42,844 bases of DNA from Bdellovibrionia bacterium. Lineage in GTDB: Bacteria > Bdellovibrionota > UBA1018. Each line of letters opens with the position of its first letter. The first letter of the stretch is position 1. Below the pieces are notes generated by a model that did not search any database, had not been told where the DNA came from, and was given only the letters and a program-made list of their open reading frames with translations. The position numbers and the translations under genes were made by a program. Positions 19,057-27,963 of the stretch are shown here, one piece after another. The stretch spans positions 1 through 42,844 of the forward strand of contig JBJMMA010000034.1 in assembly GCA_045805065.1 (NCBI GenBank). Reading direction: 5' to 3'.

Positions 19057-20076
19057 ATGAAAGACAAACTCGACGCAATTGGCAGTCAAGCTTTGAAAGA
19101 TCTAGAAAACGCGCAGTCGCTCGACCAGCTCGAGCAACTGCGCGTTTCTGTTTTGGGGAAGAAGGGAGCCTTGAGCGAAGTTCTCAAAGGGCTCGGTTCA
19201 CTTTCTCCCGAAGAGCGCCCGAAAATGGGTGCGATCACCAACGAATGGAAGAGCAAGATCGAGGCAGCTCTTGAGACGCGAAGGTCCGCGCTCGAAAACG
19301 CTGCTCTTGAAGCTCGTCTCCGCGAAGAGCGAATCGATACAACGATTCCATCACGCCTTCCATATCACGGCACTCTTCACATCATTCACCAGACCACGCG
19401 CCGGATGCTTCAAGTTTTTCAGCGCATGGGCTTTGATATCACCACGGGTCCTGAAGTTGAGACCGAGTTCTTGAACTTCGATGCGGTCAATATGCCTGCC
19501 GATCACCCAGCGCGTGAAATGCAGGACACGTTCTTCCTGGGACCAGGAGCGCTGCTCAGAACGCATACGTCATCAGTCCAGATGCGTGCCATGCGCGCGC
19601 AAAAACCACCGATCCGGATCATTTGTCCAGGTGCTGTGTATCGCAGCGATAGCGATGCCACGCACTCGCCGATGTTCCATCAGGTTGAGGGTCTCTGGGT
19701 CGATCAAGACGTCAAGATGAGCGATCTCAAGGGCGTGCTCGGATTTTTCGCGCGCGAGATGTTCGGAGCCGATACGCAGATTCGCCTTCGTCCAAGCTAT
19801 TTCCCATTCGTCGAGCCAGGAGCGGAAGTGGACGTGAGTTGCTTCCAGTGCCGTGGCAAGCCAAATGACAGCTGCAAGGTTTGTCGTGGCTCGGGTTGGC
19901 TTGAGATTTTGGGCGCAGGCATGGTTCATCCGCGCTTGCTTGAGATGGCAGGATACGAAGGCGTCACAGGCTTTGCTTTCGGCATCGGCATCGATCGCGT
20001 CGCCATGCTTTTGCATGATGTCCCTGATCTTCGTCTCATGTTCTCAGGCGATACTCGTTTTCTGACACAGTTTTAA
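19057..20076 (+). CDS. pheS: phenylalanyl-tRNA synthetase alpha subunit
   Basis: HPAREMQDTF, LRTHTS, DATHSPMFHQVEG, RPSYFPFVEP, GFAFGIGIDR. Confidence 0.97.
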   Translation: MKDKLDAIGSQALKDLENAQSLDQLEQLRVSVLGKKGALSEVLKGLGSLSPEERPKMGAITNEWKSKIEAALETRRSALENAALEARLREERIDTTIPSRLPYHGTLHIIHQTTRRMLQVFQRMGFDITTGPEVETEFLNFDAVNMPADHPAREMQDTFFLGPGALLRTHTSSVQMRAMRAQKPPIRIICPGAVYRSDSDATHSPMFHQVEGLWVDQDVKMSDLKGVLGFFAREMFGADTQIRLRPSYFPFVEPGAEVDVSCFQCRGKPNDSCKVCRGSGWLEILGAGMVHPRLLEMAGYEGVTGFAFGIGIDRVAMLLHDVPDLRLMFSGDTRFLTQF

Positions 20077-20088
20077 TTTTTGACTTCA

Positions 20089-20118
20089 TGACCAGGCCGG
20101 GCGTTAGCCGGGCCGAGA
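20089..20118 (+). repeat. intercistronic hairpin element (family B, copy 1)
   Basis: TGACCA-GGCCGGGC-GTTA-GCCGGGCC-GAGA, ending 24 nt before the pheT ATG. Confidence 0.85.
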
Positions 20119-20142
20119 TTTGATTAATTCGCAGAGGTTTTC

Positions 20143-22644
20143 ATGCGCGTTTCTTGGAAATGGCTTTCCGAAATGGTGGATTTGAGTGGAGTGGGCGGTC
20201 CTGCGGGACTTGCTGAGCTTCTCACTCGTCGGGGACTTGAAGTAGAGGCGATTGAACGCCAGGACCAGGGCTTTGATAAAGTCATTTCGGTTCAAATCCT
20301 GGAGCGTAATAAGCATCCAGAAGCGGACCGTCTGAGCCTTTGCAAAGTCAGCCTGGGATCCGGTGAGCCACTCGAAATCGTTTGCGGCGCTCAGAATATG
20401 AAGGCCGGAGACAAAGTCGTTCTTGCTCAAATCGGCGCGAATCTTCCGAACGGTTTGAAGATCGAGAAGAGCAAGATCCGTGGAGTCGTCTCCAACGGCA
20501 TGCTTTGCTCGGAAGAAGAGTTAAAGCTTAAGGACAAATCCGAGGGGATTTTGATTCTTCCTGCCGACGCCCCGCTTGGAAAGCCAATTGCTGAGCTTTT
20601 GGGGCGCGATGATACGATTCTGACTTTGAAACTCACGGCAAACCGCGGTGATTGCTTAAGCCATTACGGATTGGCTCGTGAACTTGCGGCAGCTTTGGGT
20701 CAGACGCCTAAAAAGCCTGAAGCTAAAGCGCTTCCGGCTGAAGGTACCTCTCCGATCTCCGTACATCTGGATGCAGCTGAGGCAGGCCCTCAGTTTTTTG
20801 GCTGCATGATCGAAGGCGTGAAAGTCGGTCCATCGCCTGATTGGGTAGTGAAGAAGCTTGAAGCTGTGGGTGGACGCTCCATCAATAACGTCGTTGATGC
20901 GACAAATCTTGTGATGTGGGAGCTTGGACAGCCTGTTCACGCTTACGATGCCGAGCGCATTGAAGGTGCGCAGATCCGCGTTCGCAATGCAGTGAAAGGC
21001 GAATCGCTTCCGCTTCTCGATGGAACAACGGTTGAGCTCGATGGCTCTGAGCTTGTGATTGCCGATGGCAAGCGCGCTGTGGGTCTGGCTGGCGTCATGG
21101 GCGGCGGTAACTCTGAAGTTCAAGATGGAACGACTCGCGTGTTCCTCGAATGCGCTGAGTTTGATCCGGTTCGCGTTCGTCGCACTTCGAAGAAGCATCT
21201 CAAGCATACGGATGCGGCTCATCGCTTTGAGCGGGGAGTGGATCCAGCAGGACAATCTTTTGCGATCGCGCGCCTTGCAAGCCTGGTTCAACAGCTTGCA
21301 GGTGGCCAGATCAAGGGCACAACCAGTGTTCAGCTTCCATCGCGCAAGACTTTGAAAAAGCGCGAAGTGAAGGTCGATCCTTCTTACTTTGAGCATTTCT
21401 TGGGCATGTCGGTCAGTCCAGCAGAGGCTGAGAAGATTCTTACGAGTCTTTCTTGCGGCGTCGCTAAGAGCGGTGACCAATGGACCGTGACGGCTCCATC
21501 CTGGCGCCTTGATTTGAATATCAAAGAAGACTTGGCTGAAGAGATCGCGCGCACGATTGGCTACGACAAGATCCGCGAAACTATGCCGGCACTGAGCTCA
21601 GCACCGCGCTCCCTTTGGGAAGGCGCGATGGGTGGCGCGACTTCGTCTTCGGGAAGTTCTGGAGCAAGCGCCTATTTGCTCATCGACAAGGCCAAGGAAG
21701 CTTTGGTTCAAGCAGGCATCTCTGAAACCTTGAACTACTCGTTTGCAAACCGTGGCTGGCTCTCCAAGTTCGGGATGAATTCATCCGTCGTTCTATTGAA
21801 CCCGATCAGCGAAGAGTACGAGGCCATGGTGCCATCACTTCTTCCTGGCTTGGTGAAGAACGCGATCGAGAACTGGCGTCATCATTTTGGCTCTGAAGCT
21901 CTGCCGGTTCGCCTCTTTGAGATCCGTCCGACCTTCCTGGCGGCAGGTGAAGTGAAGGCATCGAGCGAATACGATACCGGCGTTCAAGAGCGCTGGAAAC
22001 TCTCCTTTGTCATGTCTGGCCCACGTTATGTGAACGGACTGAGAAATGAGCAGGGCGAAGTCGACTTCTACGACATGAAAGCGGTCGTTGAGTCGGTATT
22101 GAGCTCACTGGGAGCCAAGGGAGTTCGTTTTCATCCGATGGCGGAAAGCCGTAAGGGTCCAAATCCGCTCTTTCACCCCGGTCAAAGCGTCGAAGTTTTG
22201 GCAGGAAGTGAAGTGGCGGGAGCCTTTGGTCTCATTCACCCTGGCATCGCCAAGGATCTGAAGCTTCGGGCACCGCTCTGGATTGCTGAAATCGACTGGC
22301 AAGCGATTGCCAAATTGTCACGCCCGGTGGTGAAGGCACCTTCGTTCAAGGCAATCCCGACCTTCCCATCGATGGAGCGCGATTTTGCGCTGGTCGTCAA
22401 ATCGGAAGTCTCGGCAGACAAGATTACCCAGATTGCCCTCAAGGCGGGTAAGCCATTGGCAAAGGTTGCAAAGATTTTCGATATTTATCGTGGTTCTCAG
22501 GTCGCTCAGGGGATGACAAGTGTCGCAGTGCGGGTTATCTTTTATGAAGAGGGCAGAAGCTTACAGGAATCTGAAGCTGAAGCCGCATCAGCACAGATCC
22601 TCAGCGCATGGAAAAAAGAGCTGGGGGCTGAGCTGCGGGGGTAG
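20143..22644 (+). CDS. pheT: phenylalanyl-tRNA synthetase beta subunit
   Basis: HPEADRL, IVCGAQN, IRGVVSNGMLCS, TANRGDCLS, RFERGVD, EDLAEEIAR, C-terminal RDFALVV anticodon-binding domain. Confidence 0.97.
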   Translation: MRVSWKWLSEMVDLSGVGGPAGLAELLTRRGLEVEAIERQDQGFDKVISVQILERNKHPEADRLSLCKVSLGSGEPLEIVCGAQNMKAGDKVVLAQIGANLPNGLKIEKSKIRGVVSNGMLCSEEELKLKDKSEGILILPADAPLGKPIAELLGRDDTILTLKLTANRGDCLSHYGLARELAAALGQTPKKPEAKALPAEGTSPISVHLDAAEAGPQFFGCMIEGVKVGPSPDWVVKKLEAVGGRSINNVVDATNLVMWELGQPVHAYDAERIEGAQIRVRNAVKGESLPLLDGTTVELDGSELVIADGKRAVGLAGVMGGGNSEVQDGTTRVFLECAEFDPVRVRRTSKKHLKHTDAAHRFERGVDPAGQSFAIARLASLVQQLAGGQIKGTTSVQLPSRKTLKKREVKVDPSYFEHFLGMSVSPAEAEKILTSLSCGVAKSGDQWTVTAPSWRLDLNIKEDLAEEIARTIGYDKIRETMPALSSAPRSLWEGAMGGATSSSGSSGASAYLLIDKAKEALVQAGISETLNYSFANRGWLSKFGMNSSVVLLNPISEEYEAMVPSLLPGLVKNAIENWRHHFGSEALPVRLFEIRPTFLAAGEVKASSEYDTGVQERWKLSFVMSGPRYVNGLRNEQGEVDFYDMKAVVESVLSSLGAKGVRFHPMAESRKGPNPLFHPGQSVEVLAGSEVAGAFGLIHPGIAKDLKLRAPLWIAEIDWQAIAKLSRPVVKAPSFKAIPTFPSMERDFALVVKSEVSADKITQIALKAGKPLAKVAKIFDIYRGSQVAQGMTSVAVRVIFYEEGRSLQESEAEAASAQILSAWKKELGAELRG

Positions 22645-22681
22645 GCGAGCGAGCGCGTGAGAGCGCCAGTTCGCATGTGCG

Positions 22682-22710
22682 TGACCAGGCCGGGCGTAGC
22701 CGGGCCGAGA
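22682..22710 (+). repeat. intercistronic hairpin element (family B, copy 2)
   Basis: TGACCA-GGCCGGGC-GTA-GCCGGGCC-GAGA, ending 24 nt before the ihfA GTG. Confidence 0.85.
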
Positions 22711-22734
22711 GGTTAGAAGAAAGGACTCTGAACC

Positions 22735-23088
22735 GTGGCAATGACCAAAGCGGATATCGTAGAAGCGCTTTACGAAAAGGTCGGTTTCTCCAAGAAGGAA
22801 GCAGCTGATCTTGTTGAATTAGTTTTCGACACCATCAAGGGCACCCTGGCTCAAGGCCAGAAGATCAAGATTTCCGGTTTCGGAAATTTCGTCGTTCGCG
22901 AAAAGCGTTCCCGTATCGGACGCAATCCGCAGACCGGTCAAAGCATTGAGATCAGTGCTCGTCGCGTTCTTACTTTCCGTCCATCTCAAGTGCTTCGCGC
23001 TGAAGTGAATGCAGCACTTGAAGGCAAGCCAGTGAGCGCTGAAGCGCTTCGCGCGGCACAAGCTGAAGATGACGAATCCGACGAATAA
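22735..23088 (+). CDS. ihfA: integration host factor alpha subunit
   Basis: MTKADIVE, KISGFGNFVVREK, GRNPQTG, ISARRVLTFRPSQVL; located after pheT. Confidence 0.95.
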   Translation: MAMTKADIVEALYEKVGFSKKEAADLVELVFDTIKGTLAQGQKIKISGFGNFVVREKRSRIGRNPQTGQSIEISARRVLTFRPSQVLRAEVNAALEGKPVSAEALRAAQAEDDESDE

Positions 23089-23551
23089 GACGTCCGTCTC
23101 TAAAATTGAAATTCCTGAGCGGCTCTACTTCCGCATTGGCGATGTCGCGGAGCTGCTCGGGGTGAGGCCTCATGTCCTGCGGTACTGGGAGTCGGAATTT
23201 CCTATTGTCGCGCCTCAGAAATCTGCCACGGGCCAGCGTGTATATCGTCGCTCTGACGTAGAGACGCTGGTCATGATCAAGCATCTGCTTCATGAAGAGC
23301 GTTATTCGATCGAGGGCGCGCGAAAAAGAATCCGCGAGCTCCGAAAAGAGGGCGCTCTCCGGACTTACAAACAAGAAACGGTTTCGGGGAAATCGGATGC
23401 TGAGCAGAGCTCAGATCAAATAGCGATTCAAGCCGCAACTCAAGTGGCCCCAGCTCAAGAGCCATTCCAAGTAAAAGAAGAGATTCTCTCCATGGCGAGA
23501 TCTCTATCGGCACTTGCCAGTATGCCGCTCTCAGATCTCTTTCATTTTTAA
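23069..23551 (+). CDS. MerR-family transcriptional regulator (ihfA-associated)
   Basis: IPERLYFRIGDVA...PHVLRYWESEFP...GQRVY...YSIEGAR; conserved position after ihfA. Confidence 0.9.
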   Translation: MTNPTNKTSVSKIEIPERLYFRIGDVAELLGVRPHVLRYWESEFPIVAPQKSATGQRVYRRSDVETLVMIKHLLHEERYSIEGARKRIRELRKEGALRTYKQETVSGKSDAEQSSDQIAIQAATQVAPAQEPFQVKEEILSMARSLSALASMPLSDLFHF

Positions 23552-23554
23552 TCG

Positions 23555-24544
23555 CTATTTAAAGCGTTTCGCAAGCGCATGAATGATGGGGCGAGCGAGG
23601 TTCTTTCCTAAAACTTGCTCCATCTGCGTGATGAGGCCCGGGCTTGTGACGTTGAAATCCGTCGCATAGCCTTCGATCAGATCAACCGCAGCCAGGCGCA
23701 CGCCCAAAGCGCGCAGGCGCTTGCCGATGAGAGCTGCAGCTTTTTTTTCATATGTGCCAATCGTATGGGGGGCGAGTCTGCTTCCCTGATCAATATTGAC
23801 GCGGAAGTCGTTCTTCAGCGGCAGCTTTCGTGCGCAGGCCAGAAGCTTTCCGTCCAAGAGCCAGAGGCGCGTTTCGCCCTTTGAAATGCCGGGAAGATAG
23901 CGTTGAAGGAGAACAGGGCGCTCGAAGTTTCCGGTCGCATCTTCAATTATTTTTCGAGCGCGAGCAATGCCATCTGAGCTGGTCCAGTCCAGAAGCTCCA
24001 CGCCCTTGCTTTGCGCCAGGTGAAGGGGTTTAAGAACTGTTTTCTTTTCGGCTTTTCCAAAGCGCTCGAGAGGCTCCCACTGCGATGAGACAACAGTGGG
24101 TGGAAGAAGTCCCTTGAGTAAGCCAGCCTCAAGCTTCTCATTGGCAAGCATGAGAGCGGAAACAGGATTGACGATCTCAGGGCGGCGCGCGGCGCGCGTC
24201 TCCGCTTGAACGGCAAGATGCAGAAGCTGCAAAGGATGCTGGTAAGCAAGATCCACCGGAGGATCGGTGCGGTACTGAAGGCTTTGAAAGTCGAGCGGGC
24301 TGAATGTCTTTTTATCACCCAGCTGAATGGATTCTTCGGCGCGATCCTCTCCCATGTAATCGATGGAGAAAGCATCCAGAAGAACCTGTCCGTTTTCCCA
24401 TCGAATGGAGCGGACATCGCACCAGTGATTTTCGATTCCAAATGAGAGGGCTTCCTGAGCCAGGCGCAAGCTGGTGTCACGCGCATGATCGAGCGTATCC
24501 CAGGGGTCAGTGATCCAGAGAAAGCCATGCTGTTTTTTGGACAT
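23555..24544 (-). CDS. glutathione synthetase-like ATP-grasp protein (divergent)
   Basis: TDP...DTS, RTDPPVD, VNP...NEKL, VLKPL, QRYLP...GETR and NVTSP match the GshB layout. Confidence 0.75.
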   Translation of the reverse strand: MSKKQHGFLWITDPWDTLDHARDTSLRLAQEALSFGIENHWCDVRSIRWENGQVLLDAFSIDYMGEDRAEESIQLGDKKTFSPLDFQSLQYRTDPPVDLAYQHPLQLLHLAVQAETRAARRPEIVNPVSALMLANEKLEAGLLKGLLPPTVVSSQWEPLERFGKAEKKTVLKPLHLAQSKGVELLDWTSSDGIARARKIIEDATGNFERPVLLQRYLPGISKGETRLWLLDGKLLACARKLPLKNDFRVNIDQGSRLAPHTIGTYEKKAAALIGKRLRALGVRLAAVDLIEGYATDFNVTSPGLITQMEQVLGKNLARPIIHALAKRFK

Positions 24545-24548
24545 GTTA

Positions 24549-25673
24549 CTAGCGTCCGCCGTTCGGATTGGATGGCTGCATGTCTGCAGGGGTGCCAGGT
24601 GCAGCGTTAGGTGCTGCTTGTGGAGCAGGTGCCGGAGCTGTATCTCCCATCGGAACGACGTTAGGAGAGTTCAGTGGGCCATTGATGGTGTAAGAATAGC
24701 TTCCATCGGCTTTTTTTGCAGGGCCGAGGATCGCATCCAGAAGAACGAAAGCTTTGAGCACGTTCTGCGAAAGGCTGAAGTCCGTTTTGATATTGAGCGT
24801 GCTGTAGGGGAGGTTCTTTCCGATCACTACATCGCCCGTCACATTTGCGCGAATATCATCGGTCGTGCTTCCTGGTTTGCCCAGGCGCAGTGTCTTAATG
24901 AGCGCTTTGCCGCCATTGACGTCGATATCGCCTTTGCCTTCAGACACGGTCAGTCTTGGAATGGAGAATCCGAAAAGCGTCTGTTGATCAATCACGATCT
25001 TGGAAAGGTCGAGTTTGAATTTTCCGTTCAAAGTCGTTGGAAGGCTTGTATCGCCATCGATATGACCTTCGCCGTTGGCAACGGCGGAGCCGCGAACGTT
25101 TGCCATGGCAGGAAGAACGCCCAGGCTTCCTAAATCAAGATTTGAGCAATTAAAAGAAAACGAAACGGGACCATTCGGGCCATTCATCGGCGTGCTGAAC
25201 GAAGCGTGAAGTGTTCCGCCTTTGTTCTCCACTTCAATCGTAGCTCCCATTTTTCCTAAGAACGCGGAAAGAATCGAAGGGGAGACGGAGACCTGATCGA
25301 TGTGGATCGGCTCCTGCGGAGGAGGAAAGCTCAGGGTGATGTCCTTCATCGTATACGAGACGCCAAAACCGATGGAGAGCGAGCTTTGATTTGCGTTGAG
25401 CGTGATTCCCTGTGAACTCAGCTGCGAGGAAATCATTCCCTGCACGTAATTTCGGATCTTGTCTTCAGGAAGCTTTAATAGCGTGAAGAAGAGCAAGCAA
25501 AAGGTGCCAAGCGATAACCATCCTAAGGTCTTTAGGATTCGCTTCAAGCGCGATGGCGGAGTATCGCCCGGAGGCAGGTCTGAGCCAGAGGTCTCGCCTG
25601 AAGTGCCAAACGATTGGGCTGCTAATTCCGACTCCGAACTCGGAGTGTCCATAGGTAATAAAGTGTCATCCAT
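24549..25673 (-). CDS. gspN: type II secretion system protein N-like
   Basis: One N-terminal TM segment then a beta-rich periplasmic domain; follows gspM. Confidence 0.7.
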   Translation of the reverse strand: MDDTLLPMDTPSSESELAAQSFGTSGETSGSDLPPGDTPPSRLKRILKTLGWLSLGTFCLLFFTLLKLPEDKIRNYVQGMISSQLSSQGITLNANQSSLSIGFGVSYTMKDITLSFPPPQEPIHIDQVSVSPSILSAFLGKMGATIEVENKGGTLHASFSTPMNGPNGPVSFSFNCSNLDLGSLGVLPAMANVRGSAVANGEGHIDGDTSLPTTLNGKFKLDLSKIVIDQQTLFGFSIPRLTVSEGKGDIDVNGGKALIKTLRLGKPGSTTDDIRANVTGDVVIGKNLPYSTLNIKTDFSLSQNVLKAFVLLDAILGPAKKADGSYSYTINGPLNSPNVVPMGDTAPAPAPQAAPNAAPGTPADMQPSNPNGGR

Positions 25674-25700
25674 TTGAGTCTTCTCTTCTTAATTCGAAAA

Positions 25701-26312
25701 TTATTTGGCGACCATGGCAAATGCCGAGACTGAAAGTGTCGCGTCGAGATAACCACTGCCATCAGGCTGAGTGTCAATCGTGAGGTTGCGAAGCTTCACT
25801 GGTCTTGCGCCGGATTCCAGGCTTTGGGCTAGGCGTACGGCCTGGCGAATGCTGACTTTTTTCATCGTTAGATCAAAGAGCGTCTCTTTTGCAACATCGG
25901 AGGAGGTGCCAGCTTTTGAGTCCGAGACCGTGAGATTGGTCTTTGGAATCCCGGCAGCGTTTGCAGTCGTCTCAAAATACGCAGGCCAAGGCTCGTTGGT
26001 TCCACCGCCAGCATTCAAGGACGAGTTTGCCGCTTGAAGAGTGCGAAGCTCATCGGCCGCGTTGCTCATCATGGAGAGAAGCTCGGACTTTGCCATGAGC
26101 TCCTGCTTGGTTTTGTGAACGCTCCAGTAAAAGCTGAACAAGCCGAACACGACAATCAGGACGGAAACGCCTGCTCCGGCAAATTTGAGATAAAGCCTGC
26201 TTTGAGGATCAAGCTCATCCCATTTCTCTTTGAGTTGCTGGAACCAGGTCTGGTCGTTGAGCCAGTCAGAAAGAGAATCCATCAACTGCGAAATCCGTGA
26301 TTTGTCTTCCAT
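25701..26312 (-). CDS. gspM: type II secretion system protein M-like
   Basis: WDELDPQSR, then TM, coiled coil and ferredoxin-like C-terminus; follows gspL. Confidence 0.7.
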   Translation of the reverse strand: MEDKSRISQLMDSLSDWLNDQTWFQQLKEKWDELDPQSRLYLKFAGAGVSVLIVVFGLFSFYWSVHKTKQELMAKSELLSMMSNAADELRTLQAANSSLNAGGGTNEPWPAYFETTANAAGIPKTNLTVSDSKAGTSSDVAKETLFDLTMKKVSIRQAVRLAQSLESGARPVKLRNLTIDTQPDGSGYLDATLSVSAFAMVAK

Positions 26313-26318
26313 ACTTGC

Positions 26319-27962
26319 TTACCGTGCCTCGTAGTTGGGTTTGCCGCTGAAAGTGACTTTGATCTGCCTGGTTCCGTCTGAGGCGGCAACTTCCTCGGCT
26401 TTGTCTTTTTTGAATCCAACCAGCTTTCCAGTCAGGATGCTTGAGAGCTGATCCACCTGTTGCTGATTGGCAACCGTGAAGGTGAGGGTTGCGGATTGAG
26501 GCGCGTCCGGATTGTAAGGGACTCCAGGAGCAGCACCGACTTGATATTGCATGAGATCCGTCGTGATCGATTTTGGAACCGATGTGGACAGGGTGTTCAG
26601 AAAATCCAAAGGATCATGCGGATTCGGAGCTGCAAGTTTGGCGAGTTCGCGCTGCTTGGTCAGCTCCTTATTGATCGCGTTTTTGAGCCCCGGAATGTTG
26701 TACATGTAGTTGCGAATCGCGCTTGCGGAGATTCCACCAAAGAAATCCTTCATTCGGCGCTCAAGCTGGGTGTTCGTATCCGCCAGACGTGCCTGGTAAC
26801 TTGAGGATTGAACGGCAAGGCTTAAGATCATGCATGCCGCGATGGCGCCGGCAGCCATCAAAGGCCTGCGAAGCATCTCGATATTGAGCTCTTTTTTGGT
26901 CCCTTGCTTGGCAAACTCGCCCTTGCGGAAATTGATCAGTGCCGAGCGATCCGCGCCCACCATGGAGAGCGCAACAGATGCGGCAAGAAGGAACACGGCA
27001 TCGGTGTGCTCGGAGTAGGTTACGCCTGACGTCGCAATGGAGCTCAAGGCTTGGATATTGCGAGTCGGGATTCGAAGGCTTTCATCGAGAACGCGGGTGA
27101 GGCCAGGCAGAAGAACTGTTCCGCCTGAAACAAAGATCTGATTGAGGCCACGATGGGTCAGATTCTTACAGGTGAGTTCCACCTGACGAATTTCAACAAG
27201 CAGGGTTTGAAGTGTCGCAAGCAGGGTTTCTGAGAAATCGAGCTGCTCCTGAGTGACGTCAACCTTTTGACCCACGGGAACCACGAAACCGTGATCGAGC
27301 TTTGCTTGTTCGGCCTGGTCCAGGGGGAGGTTGTACTTTTTGGCAATGGCGAAAGTCAGGTCTTTTCCACCCCAGTCAATCTCACGTGCCAGAACGGGCA
27401 TTCCGTTCCAATGAACGTAGAGTGTCGTATGCTCATGGCCGATCTGAACGAGAAGGATAGGCTCTTCCTGTTCCGCGCGGCTCAGAATGCGGGACAAAAG
27501 GGTGCGATACGCCCAGCTCTCCGTCGTGATCAGATCAGGATTGATTCCCACCGAAGACCAGGAGTCCAGGGTCCCTGCAATGTGGGTTTTAAGCGTTGCT
27601 GCCACGTGAACTTGAGTCCCTTGCTTGCTTTGGGAAACCGTCGCGTAATCGTAGACCGTTTTTTCCAATGGGAAAGGAAGGTCGTCCTCAAGCTCAAAGC
27701 CGATACTCGACTGAATCGTCTTGCGATCGCGCGTGGGGAGCTTGATGTTACGGAAAGTGACCTGACCTGCTCTCAGAGCAATAGCCACACGATCCGGCTG
27801 CTTGGGCAATGCCTGCATGAGACGAGAGAGCGCCAGAAGCAGATCCTCCCCGGAAGGGACAGGGTGCTCATGGTAGTCGTGGATCTCGTAGCGTCCAAAA
27901 GCGCTGTCGATTTCTACGGCCTTGATGCTGGTGCTTCCGACATCGATTCCAAGTATGCGCAT
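26319..27962 (-). CDS. gspL: type II secretion system protein L (PilM-like actin fold)
   Basis: ILGIDVGSTSIKAVE, FELEDDLPF, SGGT, INFRKGEF, then TM and periplasmic domain. Confidence 0.8.
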   Translation of the reverse strand: MRILGIDVGSTSIKAVEIDSAFGRYEIHDYHEHPVPSGEDLLLALSRLMQALPKQPDRVAIALRAGQVTFRNIKLPTRDRKTIQSSIGFELEDDLPFPLEKTVYDYATVSQSKQGTQVHVAATLKTHIAGTLDSWSSVGINPDLITTESWAYRTLLSRILSRAEQEEPILLVQIGHEHTTLYVHWNGMPVLAREIDWGGKDLTFAIAKKYNLPLDQAEQAKLDHGFVVPVGQKVDVTQEQLDFSETLLATLQTLLVEIRQVELTCKNLTHRGLNQIFVSGGTVLLPGLTRVLDESLRIPTRNIQALSSIATSGVTYSEHTDAVFLLAASVALSMVGADRSALINFRKGEFAKQGTKKELNIEMLRRPLMAAGAIAACMILSLAVQSSSYQARLADTNTQLERRMKDFFGGISASAIRNYMYNIPGLKNAINKELTKQRELAKLAAPNPHDPLDFLNTLSTSVPKSITTDLMQYQVGAAPGVPYNPDAPQSATLTFTVANQQQVDQLSSILTGKLVGFKKDKAEEVAASDGTRQIKVTFSGKPNYEAR

Positions 27963-27963
27963 A

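Noticed and set aside
23551..23555. tRNA-Pro often found after ihfA-merR
   Set aside because: Only 3 nt separate the convergent stops; I saw no tRNA or rRNA in the window.
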